Below, piece by piece: positions 45,172 through 61,388 of a stretch of DNA of 64,000 nucleotides; position 1 is the first letter of the stretch, and the number at the start of each line of letters is the position of its first letter. Below the pieces are notes generated by a model. It made no database searches. It was given only the letters and a program-made list of their open reading frames with translations, and was not told the DNA's origin. The stretch lies in NCBI RefSeq assembly GCF_009914755.1, contig NC_060930.1. The stretch is one strand, 5' to 3'. The position numbers were made by a program, and so were the translations under genes. This DNA is from the human T2T-CHM13v2.0 reference genome, Homo sapiens.

Positions 45172-45598
<427 letters not shown>

Positions 45599-45745
45599 TA
45601 ACCAGCCTTTTTGTCCACTGATAACATAAAGGAGGTCAGCAGCAGCTAAGTCCTGTGCCAGAAGAGCTTTCTTGTCCTTTCACACTGCAAGAGAAATAAT
45701 CACTTAGCTAAGAGGCCAATTTTACCTTTTTTAAAAAAAAATTTA

Positions 45746-46090
<345 letters not shown>

Positions 46091-47032
46091 CTATGTTCGT
46101 TTTTGGAGTTTTATTTTTGTAGCATTTACAGAAATCTGTTAAGAGCTTCTTAATTATAAAAATGAGTTAATAACATATTTCTCAAATTGACTTATCAATT
46201 CGTTGTCATTGTGGACGAAATTACTTTATAATCAATTACCATAAAGAAACCTGATTTGATTTCAGCTCACCCTCAATATTCAAGGCACTTGGATTGTTGG
46301 TCTCCACCCATTTATTATGTGGTCTACTAAAAATAGACCACATCCTAGGAGTTAGCATTCCAAGAACAGTTTCCACTTATTACTCACTTCTTGATATTTA
46401 TGGAACTACTCATTTCGCAAATATTTCAGCTCTACTCTCCAATCTTTAGAAGAAAAAAGAAAATAACAATAACAACAATAGAATTTCATTCTCTCCAGAG
46501 AGTTAGCAAGGAAATGAGAGCGGAAAGAAAGCAAATGGGAAGTTAGAATTGGGGAAAATGTAAAGCAAAGCCAAATGTGAATAGGAATAGCAGTTGACAA
46601 GAGGGGAAAAGAGGGTGCAGAGGACAAATATACCAATAGAAAACATGTAAACTCAATAGCATGCAACCTTTTAAAAAATAAATGATTTAAGTTCATTTTG
46701 ATAGTGGATAGGACAAGAATATTGGCACATTATGAAAAGAAACATGACAAGGTCTTGAATAAATTTTAATGAAAATATATAAATGGATTACCCTCTATTA
46801 CAACACCAGAGGCCACAAAACTACAGGAAGCAAATTCTTCACTATAAGATATTCTTCACAGCCTCTTTTAATCATGTATACATCCTCATTCTACATTAAC
46901 TTTCATACACAAAAACAAATTAGAATGAAATTCATTTTTGTACTTACAACCTGACATCCTTAGAAATGTGAATCTTATGCCAACTTAGAGCAAAAATCAA
47001 AATTGGAAGACTATAGTATAAGAAAAGACCAT

Positions 47033-47381
<349 letters not shown>

Positions 47382-49007
47382 TTAATCCATAGTCTATGGT
47401 AATCACCATCTGTAAGTGGAGACCCCAGCCTACTTGACTTGGTGGTAGAAATTCTTTTCACTGGCAGCAGCTTTCATTTCTTTTTCCTGGAAATTTTATC
47501 TTTCTTTTCTGTTATAGAGTAAAATGGAAGCCTGCTAGCAGAACACATCTATCCACATGACTCTGACATAGTAGCCTGCATTTCCCACCTTATACCACCT
47601 TCCTTTATGGGAGTTATTTTTCATTGCATTCTGAAGACAAAAGACCTTTGGTGATAATCAGTAAAGATCCTAACTTGGTGGTAGACAGTTTTCTACGGAA
47701 CATGCAGTTCTGACTCCAATAAGCCACAAGGCAGTTCAAACAAAACACTTGGCTGCCCTTTGGGAGGGACCTGGTGGGCACATCTTTCTCTTTTCCTTCA
47801 CATCTCATTGCCTGTTGTCACTCATGGAATATGTGCATGGCAGGATCAAGACACCACCGTCTGGTGTTCCTGCCGGCAGGGAAAATGTTGGATTTTGAGC
47901 CTAGATTCCCAATTTATGTTATTTTATACCCCTCTACCATTATCTTTGTTTTATTGCCTGGGGGAAAGCAGTGTTCACTAAGGAGGAGGTGGTTATTGCA
48001 ACTATTTGAATGTAATCTGGGGCCATTAGGAATTCATCCATCTGTCAAGCCTGTGGAAGGAAGGAATATGAATGGAGTACTAGTTCTGATAGTGAAGTGT
48101 GCCTTAGAACAGATGTTTGAATTGACAAGTCTTCTCAGTGGTGTAACATATACCAGGGTAGCACTGGTACCAAGTGAGAATGGGGCTTTGTCTTTGTAGC
48201 CTTTTTTCCCTTGTGGTTTGTTGCAGTGGTTTGAATGGCATGGTTTTTTATTTATTTATTTATTTATTTTAAAGAGAATTTAGCAATTTATGCAATTTTT
48301 CTAGAATTGAATATTTTGTACTTTGATAATAGCTCATTTATGGAGGGAAAGTTCTATTGTGAGTTTTTGCTTTGTTTTTTTGTTGTTTTTTTTTTTTTGC
48401 TTTGGTTTTTGTTTTTTGTTTTTTTTTGTTTTTTTTTAAGAAAGCACAGCCCCATCAGTTTATTATTGTGCTCTATTTTAGGGCTACTCCCACTTTAGAC
48501 ATTCTTTGTGAGGTGTCACGCTCTCTCTCTCTTCCTCTCTCTCAGGTGTGAGGGAGGCTTTGCAATATGTTCCTGTAAGAGTTCTCAAAAGTGAGAAATG
48601 ATATTTTCAATCTTCTCCTTCAAACAGTAACTGCCTGAAAAGCCAAGAAGTAGAGTGACGGGGTGGTGTTGAAGGTGGCAGACTGATGAAGATAAGGAGA
48701 AATGAATTTGGAAAAGGAGGGAGGAGCAAACCAATGAAGAGTTGTAAAAACCAGAAAAGCAATTCTGGATTAGATTTAGAAGTGGCAGAATGACAAGGTG
48801 AAGTTTTCTATAGGGAGAAAGTTGCTAGGTTGCCTCATTTGAGACAGCCTGGAATTTTTGAAAAGCGGAAATTAAAAAAAAAAACTAGAGCAGTGTGATC
48901 ATTCACAAGAGGCAGGAGTTGATGGTAGGGGTACCTGCAGAGGCAAGCCTTGGGCAACTTCTCTGGGGGCAGTTACTTAATTCTTTGCCGTGGTTTGGTC
49001 AAAACAG

Positions 49008-49364
49008 TGTATTAGTTCATTTTCACACTGCTGATAAAGACATCCCTGAGACTGGGTAATTTATAAAGACAAAGAGATTTAATGGACTTACCGTTCCACT
49101 TGGCTGGAGAGGCCTCACAATCATGGCCGAAGGTGAAAGGCACATCTTACATGGTGGCAGACAAGAGAGAACTTGTGCAGGAAAACTCCCCTTTATAAAA
49201 CCGTTAGATCTTGTGAGACTTATTCACTATCATGAAAACAGTACAGGAAAGACCTGCTCCCATGATTCAGTTACCTCCCACCGGGTCCCTCCCATGACAC
49301 CTGGGAATTGTGGGAGCTTCAATTCAAGATGAAATCAGAGTGGGGACACAGCCAAAGCATATCA
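49008..49364 (-). mobile_element. THE1-type MaLR solo LTR
   Basis: tgtattagt...catatca termini; 5-bp TSD aacag. Confidence 0.88.
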
Positions 49365-50178
49365 AACAGCTTGTTTGTTTATAGAGAATTAACTGCATAT
49401 CAAATATGTGAGTCAGACTTAAAGTCATAGAGAACTGATCACAGCAACCCCTGCATGAGGCTCAGATTTGGAAAGATCTCTTGTTCCTGGCCTCCTCATA
49501 TCATATATAGTTACTTTATCATTACTTTTAGCTCTGTGGCTTGCACTAAGTCTCTTGGTCTCTGTTGCTTCCTGAAAATTGACAAGAAATGAATAATCCA
49601 AGTGATCTAACCCCTTCAACTCTGTCTGTCTCACAATGCATCCTTCTCCTCACCTTAACATAGGTATTGGCAAGGTTAAAGGAAAAACAGTTGGAAATCT
49701 ACATTAAGACATGATAGAGAACAATGTCTGGGTTCACTAGCTTTCTGGGCTTCCACAGAGTCTTTCCCTTTGTGTCCTGCATGAAACGGTGGACACATCT
49801 GCTCTCCCATCCCCAGCCCTGTTCTCTGGAAAATCTGCCTTTGAATTTTACAGTGCCCAGGGCAAAAGAGCTAGACAATCCTCATCTTCCCACCTAACTC
49901 CAAGGTTTCTAGTGAGAATCAAATGAAATAACATGTACAGAAGTGCTTTGTAAGGCAATATAAACACAATCCATATATAGGTATGAATATAATGTTTTTC
50001 TTAAAATTCTCACTTCACATCTCCTTTTCTTATTTTTGTCTCTCTTTCTAATATGTGTGCATAGAACTGCCTGAGCATATGAGTGCATGCATGTGAGTCT
50101 GGGAAACATTTTCAAAGTTTCACTTGAGAAATTTCTTTCTATGCCATCCTAAAATTTTTATAGAGTTCAAATTTCAAT

Positions 50179-50246
50179 TATTAGGTTAGTGCAAAAGTAA
50201 TGGCAAAAGCACCATTTTTTGCCGTGGCAGTTTTTGCCTTTACTTT
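50179..50246. mobile_element. Rearranged MADE1 (Hsmar1 MITE) fragment
   Basis: ttaggttagtgcaaaagtaat matches the MADE1 TIR; gtttttgcctttacttt matches the internal arm. Confidence 0.6.
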
Positions 50247-52248
50247 ATTGTGCATTTACAAGAGATAGTCAACTCTCCCATATACACAAAAGTTAAGAAC
50301 AACACAACACATATAGAACAGAACAGGGAATGGAGAAAGCGCTTTTATAATAAGCATCTTTTTTTTCACCAGCCATAGCATTCTTAGGACAAATTGAATT
50401 CAGTAATCCCCATAATGTCTAAAGATGAACTTATTTTTTAAGACAAAGATGAACTCAGTGTCAAGATGGTGCAAGAATATTATTGCTATTCCTTTTATTA
50501 TCATATATAGTACCTTTCCGTTGAAAAGCCAAAGGCATTTTACAAAATCTGACAGTGATCCTCATAATGTCCCTCTGGGCTGAGTAGGTTTCATTACAAA
50601 CAATAAATAATAACTGCCCTTTATTTTGAAATGTCTCTGACAGAAGCTATTAAAAATGGATTGGACAGTCATGATTCATGGATTCTAAAGGGAGCTTATT
50701 TTATGGGAGGGAAGATGGTGAGTTCCTAGGTGTTTCTATCTGTTGGAGTTGTTTTGTCTCAAGAAGCTAATTGCATCAGAACTCCAGTGTACCTGAAAAG
50801 TGTCTCTCATAATTACTAACATTTACTTACAAATTAAAAGAAATATAGGCTATAATCATATTATATAAAGTAAATATGAAACAATTATAAATTTACTGAC
50901 TCACTGAAGATCTCCAAACCAGATAATGAAGCTATCTACTGCATGTCTTCTGACTGAGTTCCCCTGATTTAGTTGTTTAACTAGAGATGTCAATCACACT
51001 GCCTGGCTGACCTGCAGATGCTCCAAAGGAAAGTGGCCCCTTCTCCATTCCCTACTGAAGGAAGAGCCCTGGGTAGTCACATTTAGTACCATGTGTCCCC
51101 ATCTCTCCGGACACAACTGGTTGGAAAAGAATGGGCACCTGACCCAGGGCAGTCAATGTATGAGCTAGTCGGTGACCCATGCATGAAAGATGATCTAAGC
51201 CAATCAGACTATCTGTCTTAGACAATCTAAGTGGGATATTCCAGAATGGAGTTATCAGTGGGAAAAGAAAGTGAAAGGGAGCGAGATGGAGATAGGCTGG
51301 ACCAAGTTATGAGTGAGGTAAACTGTGCATGAGCTATAGTTATAAATGAGCATATACTTCAAGATGGAGAAAAGACTCACAGATTAGAGGGTGAATAAGA
51401 CAGTTCCTAGGAAGAGAAACCAGAGAGGCATGTGTGGAAGAGTAAGTGCCCTGTCAATTGTGGAGCACTGCAGCAAAGACATACTGCTGAGCTCTCCAGA
51501 GAAGTCTTGGAGTAAGACCCAGCTTTCAGTTTATTCTCCTGGATGTGTGAGTGTTGACCCTACTCTGGCTTTTGTATCTGTGACATTTCTTTTGTCCTCT
51601 TGTATGTTCCCAATATCCTGACTTAATTGAGTTAGTTTGGGTCTTCGTTCCTGGAAACCAAAAAGCTCCTTAAGACAGGGACCCTCCAGCATGACAAGGA
51701 GTATCGGTTATACTTGTTGCTTAGTGTCCACTTCACCAGTGTATGAATGCAAGCCATAACTTAATAACAAATAAAGCAACAACAGCAAAAACATGTCTTC
51801 CCAGAACATCTTCCACCAACCTTTGAGATCATTCTCTACTCTGTAGACGTTTTACTCGTTAGCACACTAATTATATCTTTCAGCTGCCAAGCAGGATTAG
51901 ATGTTATTCTAATAAAAAAGTCATGCAAATAGGGGTATTCATGGAATCTCAATGCATTCTCTTTCTAGCCAGTTTATATTATTGTCTCCATTAGTATCAC
52001 AATACATATGCAAAACACCTGACAGTTTATGCTACACTTTATGCTACAATTTGTTCTATTCTCTTCCCCAAACACTACTTCTAGAAATTAGCTGTTTTCC
52101 TTTAGCCATCTAATATTCAAGAGCCATGCAATCATCTCTCCTTACTATTTTCTGGCTTTGATTAATGATCTTTTAAAAATTGCTAAATATAGTTGTCACT
52201 ATTGACAAATAAAACCAGAAGGTCTCATATTAAAATGTTCTATATTTT

Positions 52249-52621
<373 letters not shown>

Positions 52622-53090
52622 TCATTAAACAATTAAATTACTATTAGCAGATAGTAATTGCAGGATATAAATGCAAATGTCTGTGATATCATATAAGTAT
52701 ATTTTGCTGATAGAATTTAATTTAAGTGCTCATTGTTGATTTGTCCTTTTCTAGTAGAAATAAAAGATAACAGGAGTGCATATTACATTCACTTATATTA
52801 ATTAATGCATTTATTCAAGAAATCCTCGTGGTGTCTTAAGTTAATGATATGAAAAGATCATGACTTTTTAGCATATGGTCAGTGTGAAAGATGTCTGCCT
52901 AAGCACAGAATAGACTGAGGTTGAATGTTTAATGTCTGTGGGTGTTTACTGCTTGTCTCTGTAGACAGGATAGCACTCCTGAGTCCCAAGGAGCTGAAAT
53001 TCTTTACATTTCCTTGAAGAAGGAAATAGTTTGAACATCAATGATTTCTCACATTTTTCTCTACCAATAACCCGTTAAAGAGTATTTTCA

Positions 53091-53386
<296 letters not shown>

Positions 53387-53819
53387 AATTTTTTTCTCCC
53401 ATGGAATTCTTGTTTTAAAAGAGTCTTTCATATTTGAAATATACCTTTCAAATATATTTATTTAGTTATTGATTTATTGAAAACATTCCATTGATTCAAT
53501 ATATATTTAAAACTAATATAAGCTTCTGATTAGGATGAGAGAATAATCCTTAGCATACTGACTTTATAGAATTTCAGTCAAAATCAAAGAAATTTAACAT
53601 TTTAGTTAGTTTGTATAGATCTTTTCTCCTAGGGCTTTTGAGATATTGAAAATAGCTCAGAAATTCCATCAATACCTTCTGATATTTCTAAGGAACACTA
53701 GTGTAGGAACCACTGTCGTCACCATCTTTGTGGTTTTTCAGATTTCCCAAGGTAATCTTGTTATCAAATGCTCATTTTCACTGCTTGCTCTGATTTGGGG
53801 TTTTGATAACATGGTTATA

Positions 53820-54432
53820 TCTGTGGCCAACAGATCTTCCTATCCTTCATTGCTAACAGAACCTGGATTTGGTCAATTCTTACATATTCCATGTCAAGGG
53901 AAACTGACTCCTCACCAACCCCTAGGAAGGACTTATAATTCACTTGTGCCTTTTCCTGCTTTGCCTTTCATTGATTTGGTGTGTACAATATGTTACTTAG
54001 TTCTATCAATGAGAAATGAAGGGATGTCTGCTGATTTAAACCAATCATAGTACATAGGTGACAAAAATCTGACCAATGAGAAGCCCGACGGGGAGTTTTA
54101 TGAAATGCTTTCTTTATTCTTAAAAAAAATGGAAAGAAGCAAAGATGTTTCACTTTTCCTTTGTATTGCCTGTGGAGACTTTGTAAGGATGTGATACCTG
54201 GAGCTAATGCAGCCATTTTGTGACCATGGGGAAACTGCTGGCACATTGATGACTGGCAGGTTAGAAAGATGGAAAGAACCTTGGCTCTGATGATTTGTTA
54301 AGCAACTTTATTAACTAACCTGGAACTTCTTTACTCCTGGAATGCTTTTTACATAATGCAGCTTAAGTCACTTTTTGATGCATTTATCTAGGTATTTCTG
54401 AAGCTCGCACCTAAAAGTAATTCAACTGATAT
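53820..54432 (+). mobile_element. MLT1-type LTR
   Basis: ggatgtgatacctggagctaatgcagccattttgtgaccatg...agatggaaagaacctt. Confidence 0.55.
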
Positions 54433-54802
54433 CATATAAACAATCATAATTTTTAAAATATTAGCGGTTAACAAATATACTCATGGAGTCTCAGAGTTGG
54501 GAGGGACCTTAAAGGTCATCGAGTCTAATCCCCTGCTTATGTTATCCAAATTAAAAATTTGATGCACAATCTATAGTCACTGTTGTGCATTAGATGTTGT
54601 GATAGTAGGCTTACACTGACCTTCTGAAATGATTGTCACAATGACTAAATAAATGGTATATTATTAATAAGAGGCAAGCTGTTATGGGCTGAATTGTGTC
54701 TCCCTCAAATTCATGTTGAAATTCTAACGCTTAATGTGATAGGGCCTTTAAGGAGGCAGGAGATATTTGGACATTTGAGGAATTTGGAGATACAGTTTTT
54801 AA

Positions 54803-55106
<304 letters not shown>

Positions 55107-55628
55107 TTTGACCCAATTTATTAGCTGGATATGTCTTCTGATATGTAAAATTGCCAGGGCAAAGAAGACAAGATTGCAAGTAACATCCCTTAAGACTATC
55201 CAGCTTTCTTTGACCTTATTCCATGCTTATTAAGCAGTTTCCTTTTGATTAATTAGGCTACCTAACTACTTTGATAACTGGTAGAAAGTGCCCTGGATAG
55301 CCACCTGACATAATTAATACATTAGAGAGGTGTATCACATGTTATAAATTAATAACTTCATGTTCTGACCTCACACAACAGTCTCTTGAGTGTAATTAGG
55401 GTAAATAATTTGTTCTTCATTCACTCAGCACTTTCTTTGTGCTGGGAACTACCAGAGGTGCTGAAAATATCAGTGAAGAGGATGGATTCCTGCTCTGGGG
55501 GCTTCTGTCTCTCTTAGGAGCTCACAGTCCTACAGGCAGCTATTACAGGTACCATTTAGGGAGCAAGTCTCAGGCACTGGGATAAGGGCTTTCTGTGTTT
55601 CACGGTTGTGCTTCTTGTTCCTTTTTGA

Positions 55629-55997
<369 letters not shown>

Positions 55998-57496
55998 TAT
56001 AAACTCTTTTAAGTTTTTTCTTGCCAGTCTGCTCAGAACTTTCATGGAACCAGATGGCGTGGCAGATGATTCAGCTGGAGAAAGCAAAATTTGGCTTCTT
56101 TTGTCTACCTCTATTTTTTTTTCCAAAATGAATTCCTTCTCAGTCTTATCATATATTTGAAGAAAGGATCATGGAGCCATTATCCCTGCTGTTCACGCAC
56201 ACTGACCTTCAGTTTGATTTTCTAGGCCCTTCAGTTTGAATTCATGGATGGTCCCATGATATCCATGCATCTCTTGTTGGGAAGTGGAGACTTCTTCCCT
56301 GTGTGTATGGATGGGCAGTGATATGTGCTGTCTTCCTGAATAACACAATGAATAACATCTAAAACTCCTCCCATCATGATTTGAATAAATGTCAATTTAT
56401 TAACATTTTTCTTTCCCTACTTCACATCTTTTGCCTGAAAATATAAGCAGACATTCTTCTCCAGTGTCTGCTCTTTCATCCTGCTAAGGGTGAGGATTCA
56501 GGATCTCTTTTGGATGCCTGCTCCTTTTAAGGCAGGCCATTTATAGTTTTGCTGCATGGACATAATTTTAACCTTTTCAAAAGAAGCAGGGCATGTTTCA
56601 GAGGAGAGGTGAAGTACATTAAAGACAATAGCCTCTCACAGTCTGATCTGAACTATGGTTTGGGTCAGACAGTATTTTAATTAGTTTGGATTTTCAGTCC
56701 ATTAAAGGAAAGCTCTGATTACATTTTACAACAGGTCACTAGGCAAAAATCTGCTTCATCTGCACAACAATTGTGGTTCCTTTTCATTTGACTATGTCAC
56801 TAGAAGACACTTACTCTGTGCTGGGGAGCAGAAGCAGCCCATGGGGTGTCTCATTCTCCCAACCACATCAAAGCACTTTCTATACCACAGAGCCCTGAGG
56901 GAGGATACTTAGGTACACAGGCTGATATTTATTCATTTCATAGTATCCAACATCAGCGCCACGTCCTGAAAACAATGGCGTGGTTGCTGCATTAAAAATG
57001 CATCAGTTACTGACTCCAGAACCCAATGTGAGGTTCCAGGATATCCCTGCCCCATGTAAGGGAAGCCCCTATCTTTCAACTTTAACAGTGAGCTGAGGAA
57101 TAAGGAGGGAAACTGTAGTTCAGGAACATTGCAGAGCCTGTTAGAAGGAAAGCATGCTTGCTGTGCCTGTGCTTAATGGTTGGTCTTAGAATGGCCAAAA
57201 AATGTGGGCAAGGGGGAAGTAAAAAACTTGAATTTTTAAAGCCATAAAGTCTGGGGTTTTAGAGTGGCACTCTGAAATGTTGCAGTATGCGTCAGTATCA
57301 CTAAAAAATCATTATATTAAAAAAATCCCTTCCAGCCATGGAAAAGCATCATCCAAAGATAAAGTAGACTTTCCTTGCCTTTTAGTCCTTTGTAAAAGGC
57401 ATTTATTTAATAAAAGACGGGTACAAGTAGGCATTTTTAAAAATTCATCATTGTCTTTATTTTATAGTAGGAAAACTAAGTCATTTCATGAAAAAT

Positions 57497-60400
57497 TGTT
57501 ACCAGTGGAGGGTGTTCAGGTTCTTGGCATCTTGAACAAAGAATTGGACAAAATGCACAAACAAAGCAAGGAAGGAAGGAAGGAATTTATTGAAAATGAA
57601 AGTACATTCCAGTGTGGGAGCAGGTCGAGCATAGGGGCTCAAGGGCACCATTACAGAATTTACAGGGGTTTAAATACCCTCTAGAGGATTCCACTGGTTA
57701 CTTGGGGTATGCCCTATGTAATTGAAGAGGATGAAGTGAAGTTACAAAGTCATTTACTCGACGTATACCCTATGGAGAGGATATTCCCTGTCATAGCTGG
57801 AGCGTAAATTGGCATTTCTTTACAATAGTTCTTATTTTACTTTAATCAAGACTAAGAGCTTTATGAAAATGTTAGCCAAATATCTCCAATTCTCCATCAG
57901 GTTTTAAATAATATTTTATTATTTAAACTTTTTCCAGATCTTTCCTCCCTACTTAATGATTCCTTACTACATTGTTTCACAAATAACCTTTTCAAATCTG
58001 TAATTTGAACTAACTTTTAGGTAACTTCTGAATTAGACAGAATTATTCTTTTTTTCACTAACAGCATAACCCTTTCTGGCACATTTTGTATACAGAATTA
58101 TGGGTTAACTAGAATTTTTATCCTTAGAAACCTAAAACTTTAGTGAAACCCTAAAAAGCAAGAAATCTTGAACTATCAGATATGGGAATTTTTAGATAAG
58201 AACAATTCCACAATTTTAGAAACATATTTCCCTATATAACAACCCTTTCTTAATTGAAAATGACCCAGATATTAAATGAGCATCAAAAATAACTTTAAGA
58301 TTTTAATTTACACAAAAAGTTTACCTAAAACATTTATTCCATTCACTGTACTCAGTTCTTTCACTTTTAACCTGGGAGACAGGAGACATCAATCAACATA
58401 TGTAAAATGAACATTGGTTTGCTCCAGAAAGGTGGGAAAACTCAAAGCAGGGAGGGGGTTTGGGGGCTTCCAGGTTACAGGTAGGTGAGAAACAAACGGT
58501 TGCATTCTTTTGAGTTTCTGATTAGCCTTCCAAAGGAAACAATTAGATATGCATATATGCATTCATCTCGGTGAGACTTTGAATAGAATGGGAGATAGGT
58601 TTGCCCTAAGGAGTTCTTAGCTTGAATTTTCCCTTCAGCTTGGTGATTTTGAGGGCCCAAGATATTTTCCTTTCATAAATTACTCTGATTTATTTAAAAA
58701 AAAAAAAAGCATGCAAACCAAGGTCATTTTGTTTCAGCTAGGTTTATAGTTTTATAACTTTCTATGCCAAACACTAACATCTCAAACTCTCTAGCAAAGA
58801 CAAATATAAAATCCAGACAAAAATGTATGCTGAAAATTCTGAAGGCACTTCTATCCTTATTTTACCAATAATTTTAAAGCCAGCTTGTTTAGTAACTTAA
58901 GTCACATGAACTTGAAAATTGTTTAGACTATTTACTTAATTTATGAGCGCTCTTTTACTTATAAGCCAGTTTGGTAGACACAAGATATAACAGTAAGTAT
59001 ACATAGAAATAAACACATCTAGACACGTATACACAGGCATAAATGATGCAGTAGCTTACAACCGTAGCCATGAAATAGCAATAAGAGCTCACCAGTTTTA
59101 CTTTGGTTGCCCCAGTAGATAATCCAATGAAGGCTGTCAACCAAAATTTCAGGTAAAGCAGTTTTGACGGCAGTTTGATTTTTAAAGGCCAAACCTCCCG
59201 ACTCCAAAGAACACTGGGGCTAAACAGCACCAAATGAGAGCATCATACGTTAGTTAACCAGGCCCCCTGCTTAGCGCAAAAGCCTGCATACATGCAGTGG
59301 CCATCCCACTCTCCCATTAGATAGTAAACTCCAGATTCTAAACAATTTTGGGGCCAAGCAAAATTGCAACTCAGAGAAAATTCTAAGGAGGGCTTATGAC
59401 TAGATCTCAGAACCTTTGCCGAGAGCGTCCCCTTTGGGGAGGTTGAGGTCCACAGGATCCCCCAGAGTGTCCTTCTGTGGGGTGCAATCTTAGAGTGTCA
59501 GACGTTGCTGACCTTAGGTGGGCACCAGTGCCACTTTTCATGCTTTCCCTCCAGAGCCTACTATGAGCTTTCCTTTGGTACCTGGGTGTAATCCCTGACT
59601 TTTAGCATCCTTATAATTTGATAAGGCCACGCTTTCCCATGCTTCCCTTTCCACAAACTTTAATGATAGGAACTGGAGGCTGGGTGGGTTTCTTTTGCCC
59701 TTAGCCAGTTGAATAGGGGAAGGGCAGAATATAGCATAAGAAAAGAAGGTTTAAGTCACCTGAAACTTGTGCGGGTTTGCTCTGAGCTGTCTACACACAG
59801 GGATCAGGGACCACACCCAGAAAAGATTTAAAAAAAAAAAAAAAGAATCATTTCCCCTTCTGGGCAGGGCAGTTATTCCCATGCATTCCTGGGCCTTCAG
59901 GCAATACTAGGGAGTGACCCCAGCCAGTTGCCCTCAATTTCCAAGCAGGTACTAGGAAACAGCCACTGAAAGACTGAAAAAGAAAGAAAGGGGGGAAAAA
60001 ATGAAAAAGACCCTGGTCCCTTAAGCAAACTGGGCGGTGGCAGTTAGGCACCTTCACATGGAAACCCCTTAGTTTCACTGGCCACGGCCAGAAACCTGCA
60101 GTTGCTTCCTTGTTTTGGTGCTGCCCACCAAAGTGTCCTGAGTTGGAAAGAAAAGACAGAGAGAGAGATTCCCCTGTAAAGAGCAGAAAGGAAAGGGGAA
60201 AGAAGAAAAATAAATCCCAAACTTTGGACCTACCTTCTCCTGGAATTTCTCCTGACTGGCTCATCAAAATACGTTACCAGTGGAGGGTGTCCAGGTTCTT
60301 GGCATCTTGAACAAAGAATTGGACGAAATGCACAAAGCAAGGAGGGAATGAAGAGATTTATTGAAAATGAAGGTACACTCCACAGTGTGGGAGCGGGCCT

Positions 60401-60539
60401 GAGCATAGGGTGCCGTTACAGAATTGATGGGGATTTAAATACCCTCTAGAAGATTCCACTGGTTACTTGGGGGCACGCCCTATGTAAATGAAGAGGATGA
60501 AGTAAAGTTACAAAATCATTTACTCAATGTATGCCCTAT
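57497..60539 (-). mobile_element. MER4-group (MER61-like) non-autonomous provirus: 3' LTR ~57497-57810, internal region, 5' LTR 60272-60539 (interrupted)
   Basis: Two direct LTR copies starting gttaccagtggagggtgt(t/c)caggttcttggcatcttgaacaaagaattggac; PBS-like site at 60249-60266 next to the right LTR. Confidence 0.8.
58370..58677 (-). mobile_element. MER4-type LTR fragment nested in the internal region
   Basis: gactttgaatagaatgggag...gtttgccctaag...gggcccaagatattttcctttca matches the reverse-complemented MER4 LTR 5' end. Confidence 0.65.
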
Positions 60540-60877
60540 TGTTGGGAAAAGGGTTTGTGGGGTGCCTGCATAAGCTGGCCATAAAAATATGGGACAATAA
60601 GTTGTGGAAAGCCACAAGAGGCCTCTGAGGAGGAAAGCCCCGTAAATGCCATCATGTTCCCATGCTCAGAGCGAGACCTGCTCTCTTATCCATAAACACT
60701 GTGTTCAAGGAGAAAGACACTCCTTTGAAGCACTGGAATGTGGCCAGACATGCAGGCTCCTAGTTAAGCCTGCTCTGCTAGCTACTCTCTGATAAGTTAA
60801 AGATATGCTGTTTGAGTACAAAGGAGATTCATTTAAACCACCACTGCTATAGATTACGCGTAAGATGCACTGCTTCC
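60540..60877 (+). mobile_element. ERV LTR (MER9/HML-3-like), interrupted by HERV-H
   Basis: Begins tgttgggaaaagg...ctggccataaa; splits the host LTR after ccctat (the intact copy continues ccctat-ggagagg near 57768). Confidence 0.6.
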
Positions 60878-61295
60878 TGTCACGCACTTCCGTGTGAAGA
60901 CACCACCAAACAGGCTTTGTGTGAGAAACAAGGCTGTTTATTTCACCTGGGTGCAGGCAGGCTGAGTCCGAAAAGAGTCAGCAAAGGGTGGTGGGATTAT
61001 CATTAGTTCTTATAGGTTTTGGGATAGGCGATGGAGTTAGGAGCAATGTTTTGTGGGCAGGGGGTGGATCTCACAAAGTACATTCTCAAGGGTGGGGAGA
61101 ATTACAAAGAACCTTCTTAATGGTGGGGGAGATTACAAAGAACCTTCTTAAGGGTGGGGGAGATTACGAAGTACATTGATCAGTTAGGGTGGGGCAGAAA
61201 CAAATCACAATGGTGGAATGTCATCAGTTAAGTCTATTTTCACTTCTTTTGTGGATCTTCAGTTGCTTCAGGCCATCTGGATGTATACGTGCAGG

Positions 61296-61349
<54 letters not shown>

Positions 61350-61388
61350 GGGGATATGATGGCTTAGCTTGGGCTCAGAGGCCTGACA
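60878..61388 (-). mobile_element. LTR7 (3' LTR of HERV-H)
   Basis: Minus strand starts TGTCAGGCCTCTGAGCCCAAGCTAAGCCATCATATCCCC and ends ...GCGTGACA; polypurine tract AAGAAGACAGGAA immediately upstream (61389-61401). Confidence 0.93.
61296..61349. repeat. (TATACA)9 microsatellite within LTR7 U3
   Basis: 54-nt perfect hexamer repeat. Confidence 0.95.

Noticed and set aside
48360-48437. T-rich tract and hydrophobic ORF 48235-48498
   Set aside because: Low-complexity sequence producing a spurious Phe-rich frame.
61085-61150. Tandem ~30-bp repeats (ggtgggggagattacaaagaaccttcttaa)
   Set aside because: Ordinary LTR7 U3 tandem repeats with no unique spacers, so not CRISPR-like.
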